NCBI GenBank assembly: GCA_022825005.1
Contig: JAJDYU010000042.1
Location: forward strand, 84,949-148,948
Reading direction: 5' to 3'
DNA length: 64,000 nucleotides
From: Acidimicrobiia bacterium
GTDB lineage: Bacteria > Actinomycetota > Acidimicrobiia > Acidimicrobiales > Bin134
Part shown: in pieces, positions 56,586 to 64,000 of the stretch
Position numbering within the stretch: the stretch's first letter is position 1
How the letters are laid out: each line of letters begins with the position of its first letter
Notes under the pieces: generated by a model
Database searches by the model: none
What the model saw: only the letters and a program-made list of their open reading frames with translations
What the model was told of the DNA's origin: nothing
Position numbers and translations under genes: made by a program

Positions 56586-57451
56586 GCCGAAGCCCCTGTC
56601 GCCACGCTGTTGACGGCCAGGAAGTCTTCCCATGTCTCCGGCCCGACCACTCGTTCCTGGAAGAACTGGGTGAACGTCTCCCGGTCTCGGGCCGCCTGGG
56701 AGTATTCCATGAAAAACCCGGAGTCATGGCCGTAGTCGGGGAAGCATGAGCAGGGGTAGGCGCCCATCGGGGCCGGGGCCACCGTGTCGATCATGAACCT
56801 CGGGTACGTCGTTCGCTCCGGCTCGGCCGTGAAGGCCGCGTTGTCCACCACCCGCTCTACCGAGGCCACCGTGCGGGTGGCCGCGTTCACGATCTCGTTG
56901 TCCATCCACACCAGCTTGGGATTGACCCGAGTGTTGCCCCGATCGTCGGCCTCGTGGGCGTGGACCAGGGCCACATCCACCGGGAGGCGGGTGCAGGCCA
57001 CGTAGTGCTCGCCGGTGGGCCCGTCCTTCTCCTCCCGCACCGCGCCGCTTTCGGCGTGCAGGCCGAGCACGTCGGTGCCCAGTCCGGCCTTGGTGGGCAT
57101 GAATGGCAGGTTGTAGCTCTGGGCCTGGAGTCGGCAGATCAACAGGTGCTCGCTGTACTCCTCGATAGCCACTTGCCCCGACTGCACCGCCGCTCGGAAG
57201 TTGGGGGCGAGGCCCAAGCCCTCGAAGCTGACCAGCCCGGCGAGCACCCGGCGCACGCAGCCCCCGACCACCAACCAGTCCACCGCCATGCCGGACACAA
57301 TGGCCACCAAGTCCAGGTCTTTCTTCTGCTGGCGAACCAGCTCGCGCACCAGGGCCATGGGGGCGCTGTTCATAGACAGGCCACCGATGGCCACGGTGGA
57401 ACCGTCGGGAATCGACGCCGCCGCCTCTTGCAGTGTGGTGACTTTGCTCAT
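56582..57451 (-). CDS. CoA-transferase family I, subunit A-like
   Basis: Start trimmed to MSKVTTLQEAAASIPDGSTVAIGGLSMNSAPMALVREL. Alternative ATG start at 57481. Confidence 0.8.
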   Translation of the reverse strand: MSKVTTLQEAAASIPDGSTVAIGGLSMNSAPMALVRELVRQQKKDLDLVAIVSGMAVDWLVVGGCVRRVLAGLVSFEGLGLAPNFRAAVQSGQVAIEEYSEHLLICRLQAQSYNLPFMPTKAGLGTDVLGLHAESGAVREEKDGPTGEHYVACTRLPVDVALVHAHEADDRGNTRVNPKLVWMDNEIVNAATRTVASVERVVDNAAFTAEPERTTYPRFMIDTVAPAPMGAYPCSCFPDYGHDSGFFMEYSQAARDRETFTQFFQERVVGPETWEDFLAVNSVATGASA

Positions 57452-57518
57452 GAGATCTTCCGCTTCCCCCTGACTGGCCATTCTTGAAGTTCTTGCAGCC
57501 CGCCGTACTATACGGCCC

Positions 57519-58742
57519 ATGACTGACGCCCCAGACATCCTCTCGCCCGAGTACGACGCCGATCCCTACCCGTTCTACAAGGTGCTGCGCGACGAGTTTC
57601 CCGTGATGTGGCACGAGGGCACTCAGGCCTTCGTGATCAGCCGCTACGAGGATGTGGCCGGGGCGTTTCGCAACCCTCAGATCTCCAGCCGCAACTACGA
57701 GTGGCAGACCGAGCCGGTGCACGGGCGCACCATCTTGCAGATGGAGGGCAAGGAGCACTCGTCGTACCGGGGCATCGTGAATCCGATCTTCCGGGGCAGC
57801 TACCTGGAGCAGAGCATCGTGCCGGCCATCACCACGGCGGCCCGCCAGCAGATTGGCGAGTTCTTGGCCGACGGGGAGGTGGACCTGTGCAAGCGGTTCA
57901 GCACCTACTACCCGATCGGGGTGATCGTGCAGCTTCTCGACCTCCCCATGGAGGACGTGCCCCAGTTCTACGAGTGGTACACGATGATCATGGACTTCGT
58001 GTCCAACATCACCGGCGACGAAGAGAAGAATCGCCGGGGTATGGCGGCCCGGGTGGAGATGGGGGAGTACCTCATGCCCAAGATCGCTGAGCGGCGGGCC
58101 AATCCCGGCGACGATCTGCTCACCGCCATGGTGACCAAGGAGTTCGACGGCGTGCAGATGAGCGACGACGACATCCGCGGCTTTTGCAGCCTGCTGCTGA
58201 CCGCCGGGGGAGAGACCACCGAGAAGGCCATAACCTTGACCATGCGCAACCTGCTGGACAACCCCGACCAGATGGCCGAGGTGCGGGCCGACCGCCAGCT
58301 CATCGGCCCGGCCTTCGCCGAGACGCTGCGGTTCACCGGGCCGGTGCAGATGATCATGCGCCACACCGACGAGGATGTGGAGTTCTCCGGAGGCACGGTG
58401 GCGGCGGGCCACACCCTGGAGCTGCTGCTGGGTGCGGCCAACCGGGATCCGGAGGCCTTCGACGAGCCCGACCGGTTCAACATCCACCGCTCCGACATGG
58501 AGTTCGACAAGGCGTTCACCGCGGCGGCCGACCACACTGCGTTCGCCCTGGGCCGTCATTTCTGCGTGGGATCGATGCTGGCCCGGGCCGAGTTGACCGT
58601 GGCCATGGACGCCCTGCTCGACGCCATGGACTACATCGCCTACGCCGACGGCTATGAGCAGGAGGAGACCGGGGTCTATACCCGGGGATTGACCTCGCTC
58701 CCGCTGACGTTCACCCCGAATCCGAATTTTGTTGCTGGCTAG
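57519..58742 (+). CDS. cytochrome P450 (paralogue of the 31518 gene)
   Basis: LLLTAGGETT, ETLRF, FALGRHFCVGS. Shares long blocks with P450 31518 (YEW..EP.HG.T.L, FRG..LE). Confidence 0.92.
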   Translation: MTDAPDILSPEYDADPYPFYKVLRDEFPVMWHEGTQAFVISRYEDVAGAFRNPQISSRNYEWQTEPVHGRTILQMEGKEHSSYRGIVNPIFRGSYLEQSIVPAITTAARQQIGEFLADGEVDLCKRFSTYYPIGVIVQLLDLPMEDVPQFYEWYTMIMDFVSNITGDEEKNRRGMAARVEMGEYLMPKIAERRANPGDDLLTAMVTKEFDGVQMSDDDIRGFCSLLLTAGGETTEKAITLTMRNLLDNPDQMAEVRADRQLIGPAFAETLRFTGPVQMIMRHTDEDVEFSGGTVAAGHTLELLLGAANRDPEAFDEPDRFNIHRSDMEFDKAFTAAADHTAFALGRHFCVGSMLARAELTVAMDALLDAMDYIAYADGYEQEETGVYTRGLTSLPLTFTPNPNFVAG

Positions 58743-60352
58743 CGGGGGACGACGTACCCGGCTTCGTCGCGGTCCCAGGTGTCGGGGGTGATGCCCTCTT
58801 CGCGGAGCTTGAACTTCTGCACTCGCTCGGAGGGGGTCTTGGGCAGGTCGTCACACCAGCGGACGAACCGGGGGACGGCGAAATGGGCCATGCGGGGCAC
58901 GCAGAAGTCGAGCAACTCGGTCTCGGAGAGTTGGTGGTCGGGCTTGAGCACCACCACGGCCATCACCTCTTCTTCGCCCAGTTCGGAGGGAACGCCGATC
59001 ACTGCTGACTCCAAGACCGCGTCGCAGGTGTTGATCACCGCTTCTACCTCGTAGGAGGAGATATTCTCTCCCCGGCGGCGCACGCAGTCTTTCATGCGGT
59101 CGATGAAGGTCAGGTAGCCGTCTTCGTCGAGGCGGCCCCGGTCGCCGGTGTGGAACCAGAGATTGCGGAACGCCTTCACGGTGGCGTCGGGCATGTCGAA
59201 GTAGCTGTCGATCATGATGTGGGGCTTTTTGGGCCGCACCACTATCTCCCCCGCGGTGTTGGGGGGCACCGGCCGGTCTTCGGGATCTACTACCTGCACG
59301 TGGTACAGGGCCGACTCCCGGCCCGCGGTGCCGATCTTGCGCATGCCTCGGCGGTTCTCGGTGGTGATGGCCACCTCGGTCATGCCGTACACCTCGCTGA
59401 GATGAACCCCGAAGCGCTCCTCGAACGGCTCCCAGATCTCGATCGGGCAGGGGGCGCCGAAGCCGTTGCGCACCGGGTTGTCGGCGTCGTCGGGCCGCTC
59501 GGGCTGCTTCCACAGCATCATGATCAGCCCGCCCTGGTAGTTGAAGGCGGTGATCCCGTCGGCCCGGCAGCGGTCCCAGAACCGGCTGGCCGAGAACCGC
59601 CGGTCCATGACGAGCCGGGCATCGGCCTCCATGGCGCACATCACGCTGGTGTACTTGGCGTTGATGTGAAATAGCGGGAAGGCGGTGTAGAGCACGTCGT
59701 CGGCGTCGTAGCCCACCAGGTCGACAGTGTGGCGGGCCAGGTTGAGGTTGGCCTCGTGGCACAGCATCACGCCCTTGGACGGGCCGGTGGTGCCCGAGGT
59801 GTACAGGATCACCGCGGTGTCCCGGTAGTCCACATCGGGCTCGGGAGCAGGGGAGTCGAGGTACAAGTCGGCCAGTTCGTGGACGGTGACGTGCTTCGGG
59901 AACTCGGGGGTACCGGCTTCCTGAGTTCCCTCGGCCCGGTTGACCACCACGTGCTCGAGGCCCGAGAGGTTCGGGGCCGCCTCGGCGATGCGGTCGAGGT
60001 AGTCGGCGTCGCACACCACCGAAGAAGAGCGCGACTGGCTGATCAGATACTCCAGCAGGTGGCCCCGATAGGCCTGGTTGATGGGCACCTCCACCACCCC
60101 GGCCTTGTTCATGGCGAACCAGGCGTCGATGCACTCCAGCGAGTTCTGCATCATCAGACAGGAGCGGTCGCCCTGGCCCAGACCGAGCGAGGCCAAACCA
60201 GCGGCCAGACGGTCGGAGTCCAGATCGACCCCGGCGTAGGTCTTGTCCCGCCCCTCCACCGTGAGGGCCAGCCGGTCGGTGTTGGCTTCGGCCTTGTGGC
60301 GGATCCACGCTCCGATGGTGCGCGGGGTGGCAGTGCTGGAATTCGTGCTCAT
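58739..60352 (-). CDS. AMP-dependent acyl-CoA synthetase
   Basis: 537 aa. YTSGTTGPSKGVMLCH, WFHTGDRGRLDEDGY. Confidence 0.9.
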   Translation of the reverse strand: MSTNSSTATPRTIGAWIRHKAEANTDRLALTVEGRDKTYAGVDLDSDRLAAGLASLGLGQGDRSCLMMQNSLECIDAWFAMNKAGVVEVPINQAYRGHLLEYLISQSRSSSVVCDADYLDRIAEAAPNLSGLEHVVVNRAEGTQEAGTPEFPKHVTVHELADLYLDSPAPEPDVDYRDTAVILYTSGTTGPSKGVMLCHEANLNLARHTVDLVGYDADDVLYTAFPLFHINAKYTSVMCAMEADARLVMDRRFSASRFWDRCRADGITAFNYQGGLIMMLWKQPERPDDADNPVRNGFGAPCPIEIWEPFEERFGVHLSEVYGMTEVAITTENRRGMRKIGTAGRESALYHVQVVDPEDRPVPPNTAGEIVVRPKKPHIMIDSYFDMPDATVKAFRNLWFHTGDRGRLDEDGYLTFIDRMKDCVRRRGENISSYEVEAVINTCDAVLESAVIGVPSELGEEEVMAVVVLKPDHQLSETELLDFCVPRMAHFAVPRFVRWCDDLPKTPSERVQKFKLREEGITPDTWDRDEAGYVVPR

Positions 60353-60363
60353 GGCTGGTCCCG

Positions 60364-61146
60364 CTAGTTCAGCACTTCGGGGGCCTCGCGCAGCAACCGC
60401 CGCACGGCCCCCTCCCAGTAGTACCGCACTGTCATGTGATGGCTATTGACCGCGGCCTTCAGGGTGGGGCGCTGGTCGGGGGGCACCGGCACCGGGGTTT
60501 GGCCGGCCTGCATGGCGTCGTAGTTGAGTCGGCACACCCGCTCGAAGTTGGAGGCCCGGTAGACGGCCTGCTCGGTGGTCTCACCGGCGATGAGCACCCC
60601 GTGGTTGGCCAGGATCACCGCGGTGGCGCTGCCCACCGCGTCGGCCATTTCCTGGCCGCCGGCGGCGTCGTCAACCCCGCCGGTGTAGGTGCCGAACAGG
60701 GCGATGTCGCCGTCGAACATGCAGGCCTGCTGATCGGTGATCTCGGGCAGCTTGTGCAAGGTGGACAGCAGGCTGCCGTAGTAGGGATGGTTGTGGATCA
60801 CCACCCGGGCGTCGGGGCGGGCCCGGTGCATCTCGGTGTGGATGAACACCGCCGGGGTGACGTCCCAGCGGCCTTCCAGCACCTCGCCGTCGGCGTCGAT
60901 CGTCAAGATGTCGGAGGCGGTGATCTCGTTCCACCACAGCCCGTAGGGGGTACACCACATGGAGCCGTCGTCGGCGTCGTCTCGCACCACGGTGATGTGA
61001 CCGGCCACATCTAGGGCGTACCCCTCGGCGTCGAGGATGCGAGCGGCACAGGCGATCTTCTGGGGCACAGTGAGCGGCTGGTCGAGTCCGGGCATCACCC
61101 GGGGAAATCCGCTTTGTCCGGCGATGGCTTCGTCTAGCTTGCCCAT
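60364..61146 (-). CDS. class II aldolase/adducin family protein
   Basis: 260 aa. IHTEMH...VIHNHPYYG metal-His pattern. Sits 11 nt upstream of the acyl-CoA ligase. Confidence 0.85.
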   Translation of the reverse strand: MGKLDEAIAGQSGFPRVMPGLDQPLTVPQKIACAARILDAEGYALDVAGHITVVRDDADDGSMWCTPYGLWWNEITASDILTIDADGEVLEGRWDVTPAVFIHTEMHRARPDARVVIHNHPYYGSLLSTLHKLPEITDQQACMFDGDIALFGTYTGGVDDAAGGQEMADAVGSATAVILANHGVLIAGETTEQAVYRASNFERVCRLNYDAMQAGQTPVPVPPDQRPTLKAAVNSHHMTVRYYWEGAVRRLLREAPEVLN

Positions 61147-61210
61147 TCCCTGCTAGATAGCACACTTGGAAGCTCTCCAAAGAATGTGAGAGCACCGGGA
61201 GGAGCTGGCC

Positions 61211-61795
61211 ATGGGCTGGAGAACGATGGGCGAGGCCGGATACCCGGCCGGTTTGGACACCAATCCGGCGGTGTCCCCCCGCATTCAGCGCTGGGATCAC
61301 ATCGGGATTGCGGTGCGCTCCATTGAGGCCGCCGTGCCGCTGTTTCGCGATGTGTTCGGCGGGCAGTTCGTGATGGGGGGCGACGACATACCTCTGGACA
61401 TCCGCACCGCCATGTTCAAACTGCCCGACACCGTGAAGGTGGAATTGCTGGAGCCCCTGAACGAGCAGAGCTACCTGCATCGCTTCATCGAGAAGCACGG
61501 CGAGGGGTTCCACCACGTGACCATCTTCGTGGACGACGTGGAGGCCACCATCGTGGACTTAGAGGCCACCGGCTATGAGGTGGTGGACACAGAACTGAGC
61601 GAGCCGCACTGGCGGGAGACTTATGTGCGCCCCCGATCAGGGCACGGCTGCCTGTTCCAAATCGTGGACTCGACCATCGACTGGCTGGAGCCTCATCCGC
61701 ACTGCACGGTGGAGGATGTGATTGCCGGGAGGTGGCGCTGGTGGAGGAGCCAAATCTGGCACGTCGACCAACTGCCCGACGGCTATCGGGAGTGA
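61211..61795 (+). CDS. VOC (glyoxalase/bleomycin-resistance/epimerase-like) family protein
   Basis: 194 aa. WDHIGIAVRSIEAAVPLFRDVFGG and GFHHVTIFVDDVEA metal-binding modules. Confidence 0.75.
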   Translation: MGWRTMGEAGYPAGLDTNPAVSPRIQRWDHIGIAVRSIEAAVPLFRDVFGGQFVMGGDDIPLDIRTAMFKLPDTVKVELLEPLNEQSYLHRFIEKHGEGFHHVTIFVDDVEATIVDLEATGYEVVDTELSEPHWRETYVRPRSGHGCLFQIVDSTIDWLEPHPHCTVEDVIAGRWRWWRSQIWHVDQLPDGYRE

Positions 61796-61814
61796 TCCCC
61801 CGGTGGGCGGCGGG

Positions 61815-63455
61815 TTATAGCCCCAGTTCGGCTTGGAGTTTTTCGGCTAGGCGGAATTTTTGGATTTTGGTGGCGGACATGGGCCACTCGTTGGGGGCGA
61901 CGAATTGCACGTGGCGGGGGATCTTGAAGCTGGCGATCTGGCCTCGGCAGAACTCGATCAGCTCGTCCTCGCTGGCCTCGGCACCGGGCTTGAGCTCGAC
62001 GAAGGCGGCCGGTATCTCGGAGTACTTCTCGTCGGGCAAGGGCACCACTTGGGCGATGGCCACCGCCGGGTGGGTTTGGAGATAGCTCTCGATCTCCACC
62101 GCGGCCACATTCTCGCCGCCCACCTTGAGCATGTCTTTGGTGCGGCCCAGATAGCTGATGCGCCCGTCAGGGTCGAGTGAACCGATGTCGCCGGTGAAGA
62201 ACCAGCCCTCGTCGTCGAAGCACTCGGCGTTCTTCTCCGGGTCTTTGTGGTAGCCCTCAAACACGTTGTAGCCCCGCACCCAGATCTCGCCTGCCTGGTG
62301 GGGCTCAGTGAGCGTCTCTCTGGTCTCGAGGTCTTTGATCTTGACCTCGATGCCCCGGAACGGGCGGCCCGATGACACCGCCCAGGTTTCCGGTGGGTCT
62401 TCGGGGCCGGAGAAGGCCACCACGCCGCCGCACTCGGTGAGGCCGTAGGCGTTCATGTGGCGGGACCAGGGGAGCAGGGCGTGGATGGCCCGCAAGGCAT
62501 CGGGGGGTGCCACGTTGTTCACCAGCCGGATGCGCTGGAACTCGTCGGAGTCCCAGTCGGGATGGTTGATCATGGCCTGGGTGACCGGCGGGAAGGTGGA
62601 GAAGCACACGGTGGCCTTCTCGTCGCGCATCTGGGCGATGGCCTGAGCCGGGTCGAAGTGGGTGATGGTGACGTAGGACGATCCGGCGTCGAGGCAGCCG
62701 ATAAGCGGAAGGATCGAGCTCATGTGGAACAGGGGTAGCGGGTCCCAGAACACATCGGTGTCGGTCAGCTCGAACCGGGTCCGACAGGCGGTGACCGCAG
62801 TGCGCACCAGCGACTCGTGGTTCAGAGGGCAGCCCTTGGGCTCGGCGGTGGTGCCCGAGGTGTAGATCATCAGAGCTTCGTCCCGAATAGCCACCTGGCT
62901 GCGGAGGAGTTCTACCTCATCGTCGGTGGCCTTTTCGGCGAGTGCTTCGAATGCGCCTCGGTCCACCATCCCGGCAGGGGAGGTGCTGCCCAACAGCACC
63001 ACTGCCTTGAGTTCGGGAGCGACGTCGAGATCGAGATTGGCCGGGTCAGAAGCCTCGGCCAAGCCGGGCAGGCAGTCGTGGAGGATCACCACATAGTCGG
63101 TGAACTGGTCGATGATGTCGCTGGTCACCAGCACCTTCAGGTCGGCGTTCTCGGTGACGTAGGCCAGCTCCCGCCCCTTGAAGCGGGCGTTGATGGGAAC
63201 CGGAACGGCGCCGATGAGGGAGGCGCCGAACATCACCTCGATGAAGTCCATGCAGTTGGGCATGAGGATCCCCACCCGGTCGTGAGGCCGAACCCCCAGC
63301 CCCAACAGCGACCGTGCCGACCGCCGGGCCGCCTCCTCCAGCGACACAAAGCTGTGCCGCGTGTCCGGGAAAACCACCGCGTCCTGATCCCCGTACAGCG
63401 CCGACCCCCGCACCACCAGATCGCCATACGTGGTCACATCAACCCAAGTACTCAT
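61815..63455 (-). CDS. AMP-dependent acyl-CoA synthetase
   Basis: YTSGTTAEPKGCPLNH, WFFTGDIGSLDPDGR. Start taken at MSTWVDV. Alternative upstream start at 63473. Confidence 0.9.
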   Translation of the reverse strand: MSTWVDVTTYGDLVVRGSALYGDQDAVVFPDTRHSFVSLEEAARRSARSLLGLGVRPHDRVGILMPNCMDFIEVMFGASLIGAVPVPINARFKGRELAYVTENADLKVLVTSDIIDQFTDYVVILHDCLPGLAEASDPANLDLDVAPELKAVVLLGSTSPAGMVDRGAFEALAEKATDDEVELLRSQVAIRDEALMIYTSGTTAEPKGCPLNHESLVRTAVTACRTRFELTDTDVFWDPLPLFHMSSILPLIGCLDAGSSYVTITHFDPAQAIAQMRDEKATVCFSTFPPVTQAMINHPDWDSDEFQRIRLVNNVAPPDALRAIHALLPWSRHMNAYGLTECGGVVAFSGPEDPPETWAVSSGRPFRGIEVKIKDLETRETLTEPHQAGEIWVRGYNVFEGYHKDPEKNAECFDDEGWFFTGDIGSLDPDGRISYLGRTKDMLKVGGENVAAVEIESYLQTHPAVAIAQVVPLPDEKYSEIPAAFVELKPGAEASEDELIEFCRGQIASFKIPRHVQFVAPNEWPMSATKIQKFRLAEKLQAELGL

Positions 63456-63556
63456 CCCCGTAGCTTCGCGCACCTATCCGGTGGTTTGCCCTGCCGTGAG
63501 CCAGTGGGATCGAAAAATGTATAGGTACTTGTCAAAAATCGGCTATTTTTGTAGTG

Positions 63557-64000
63557 ATGGTGTACAAAAGATTGCTACCAGTGCCCGAGCGGAGTTTCTT
63601 TCTGTTCGGAGTGCGAGGGGTTGGCAAGAGCACCTGGGTGCGCATGATGCTCCCTGACGCAACGCGCTTCGACCTGCTTGACGAGGCGCTGTTCACCGAT
63701 CTGATGGGCAATCCAGCCCTGTTCGGGAACCTCCTGTCTGGCATCAAGCCAGACGAATGGGTAGTGGTGGACGAAGTGCAGCGCATTCCCGCCCTGCTGA
63801 ACGAGGTCCACCGGCAGATCGAAGAACGGGGACTGCGGTTCGCCCTGCTGGGTTCCAGTACTCGCAAGCTCAAGACCGCCGGCACGAACCTGCTTGCCGG
63901 ACGGGCCGCTCGTAAAGCCATGTACCCGCTCACCCCTGCAGAGCTGGGGGACGATTTTGATCTGGGTGACGTCCTGCGGTTCGGCACGATTCCACTGGTA
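63557..64000 (+). CDS. AAA-type ATPase (AAA_14/DUF4143-like architecture), N-terminal part only
   Basis: Not in the ORF track because no stop lies in the window. My translation reads MVYKRLLPVPERSFFLFGVRGVGKSTW (Walker A) ...WVVVDEVQRIP (Walker B). In frame to 64000. Confidence 0.75.
   Translation, partial: MVYKRLLPVPERSFFLFGVRGVGKSTWVRMMLPDATRFDLLDEALFTDLMGNPALFGNLLSGIKPDEWVVVDEVQRIPALLNEVHRQIEERGLRFALLGSSTRKLKTAGTNLLAGRAARKAMYPLTPAELGDDFDLGDVLRFGTIPLV

Noticed and set aside
56724-58559. 611-aa ORF on the minus strand
   Set aside because: It is antisense to a well-supported cytochrome P450 and out of frame through the CoA-transferase A gene. Its composition is extremely R/G/P/H-rich with no recognisable motifs. 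This is the typical long spurious ORF of a high-GC genome.
58851-60308. 485-aa ORF on the same strand as the acyl-CoA ligase but in another frame
   Set aside because: The frame of 58739-60352 carries all AMP-binding motifs. The alternative frame is R/P/G-rich nonsense.

Overview
High-GC (mid-60s % by eye), very densely coding window of about 57 CDS. Most intergenic gaps are under 120 nt, and several gene pairs overlap by 4 nt. Frequent GTG starts, lipoprotein signals ending in AAAC, and a clear mycothione reductase homologue suggest an Actinomycetota chromosome (inference). I found no rRNA, tRNA, CRISPR array, transposase, integrase or phage genes.

Content is dominated by lipid/isoprenoid/sterol-side-chain-like catabolism:
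- 6 AMP-dependent acyl-CoA ligases
- 6 SDRs
- 3 acyl-CoA dehydrogenases
- 2 crotonases
- 3 cytochrome P450s
- 2 DUF35 + SCP-x-type thiolase pairs
- one family III CoA-transferase
- one A/B CoA-transferase pair
- 2 NTF2-like proteins

Housekeeping genes are interspersed: aroC, coaE, gcvP and mycothione reductase.

Three non-lipid blocks are present:
- a MacB-type ABC exporter with a large lipoprotein adaptor (19.2-23.1 kb)
- a CUT2-type sugar ABC transporter plus a fused M16 peptidase lipoprotein (32.8-39.8 kb)
- a polyol locus at 47.2-54.9 kb: IMPase, DeoR and a mannitol-dehydrogenase-family enzyme, divergent from a SmoEFGK-like ABC importer

I see no obvious defence or otherwise clearly novel multi-gene system. 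The most interesting items are:
- a duplicated DUF35-thiolase-P450 cassette in which one copy has lost its Zn-ribbon cysteines and the thiolase GHP histidine
- a single permease gene with sharply foreign base composition inside an otherwise native-looking operon
- an exporter adaptor lipoprotein with duplicated Cys-pair modules
- an A/B CoA-transferase whose beta subunit lacks the (S)ENG motif
- an uncharacterised protein packed directly upstream of gcvP

All functional calls come from motif and family recognition by eye. No searches were run.
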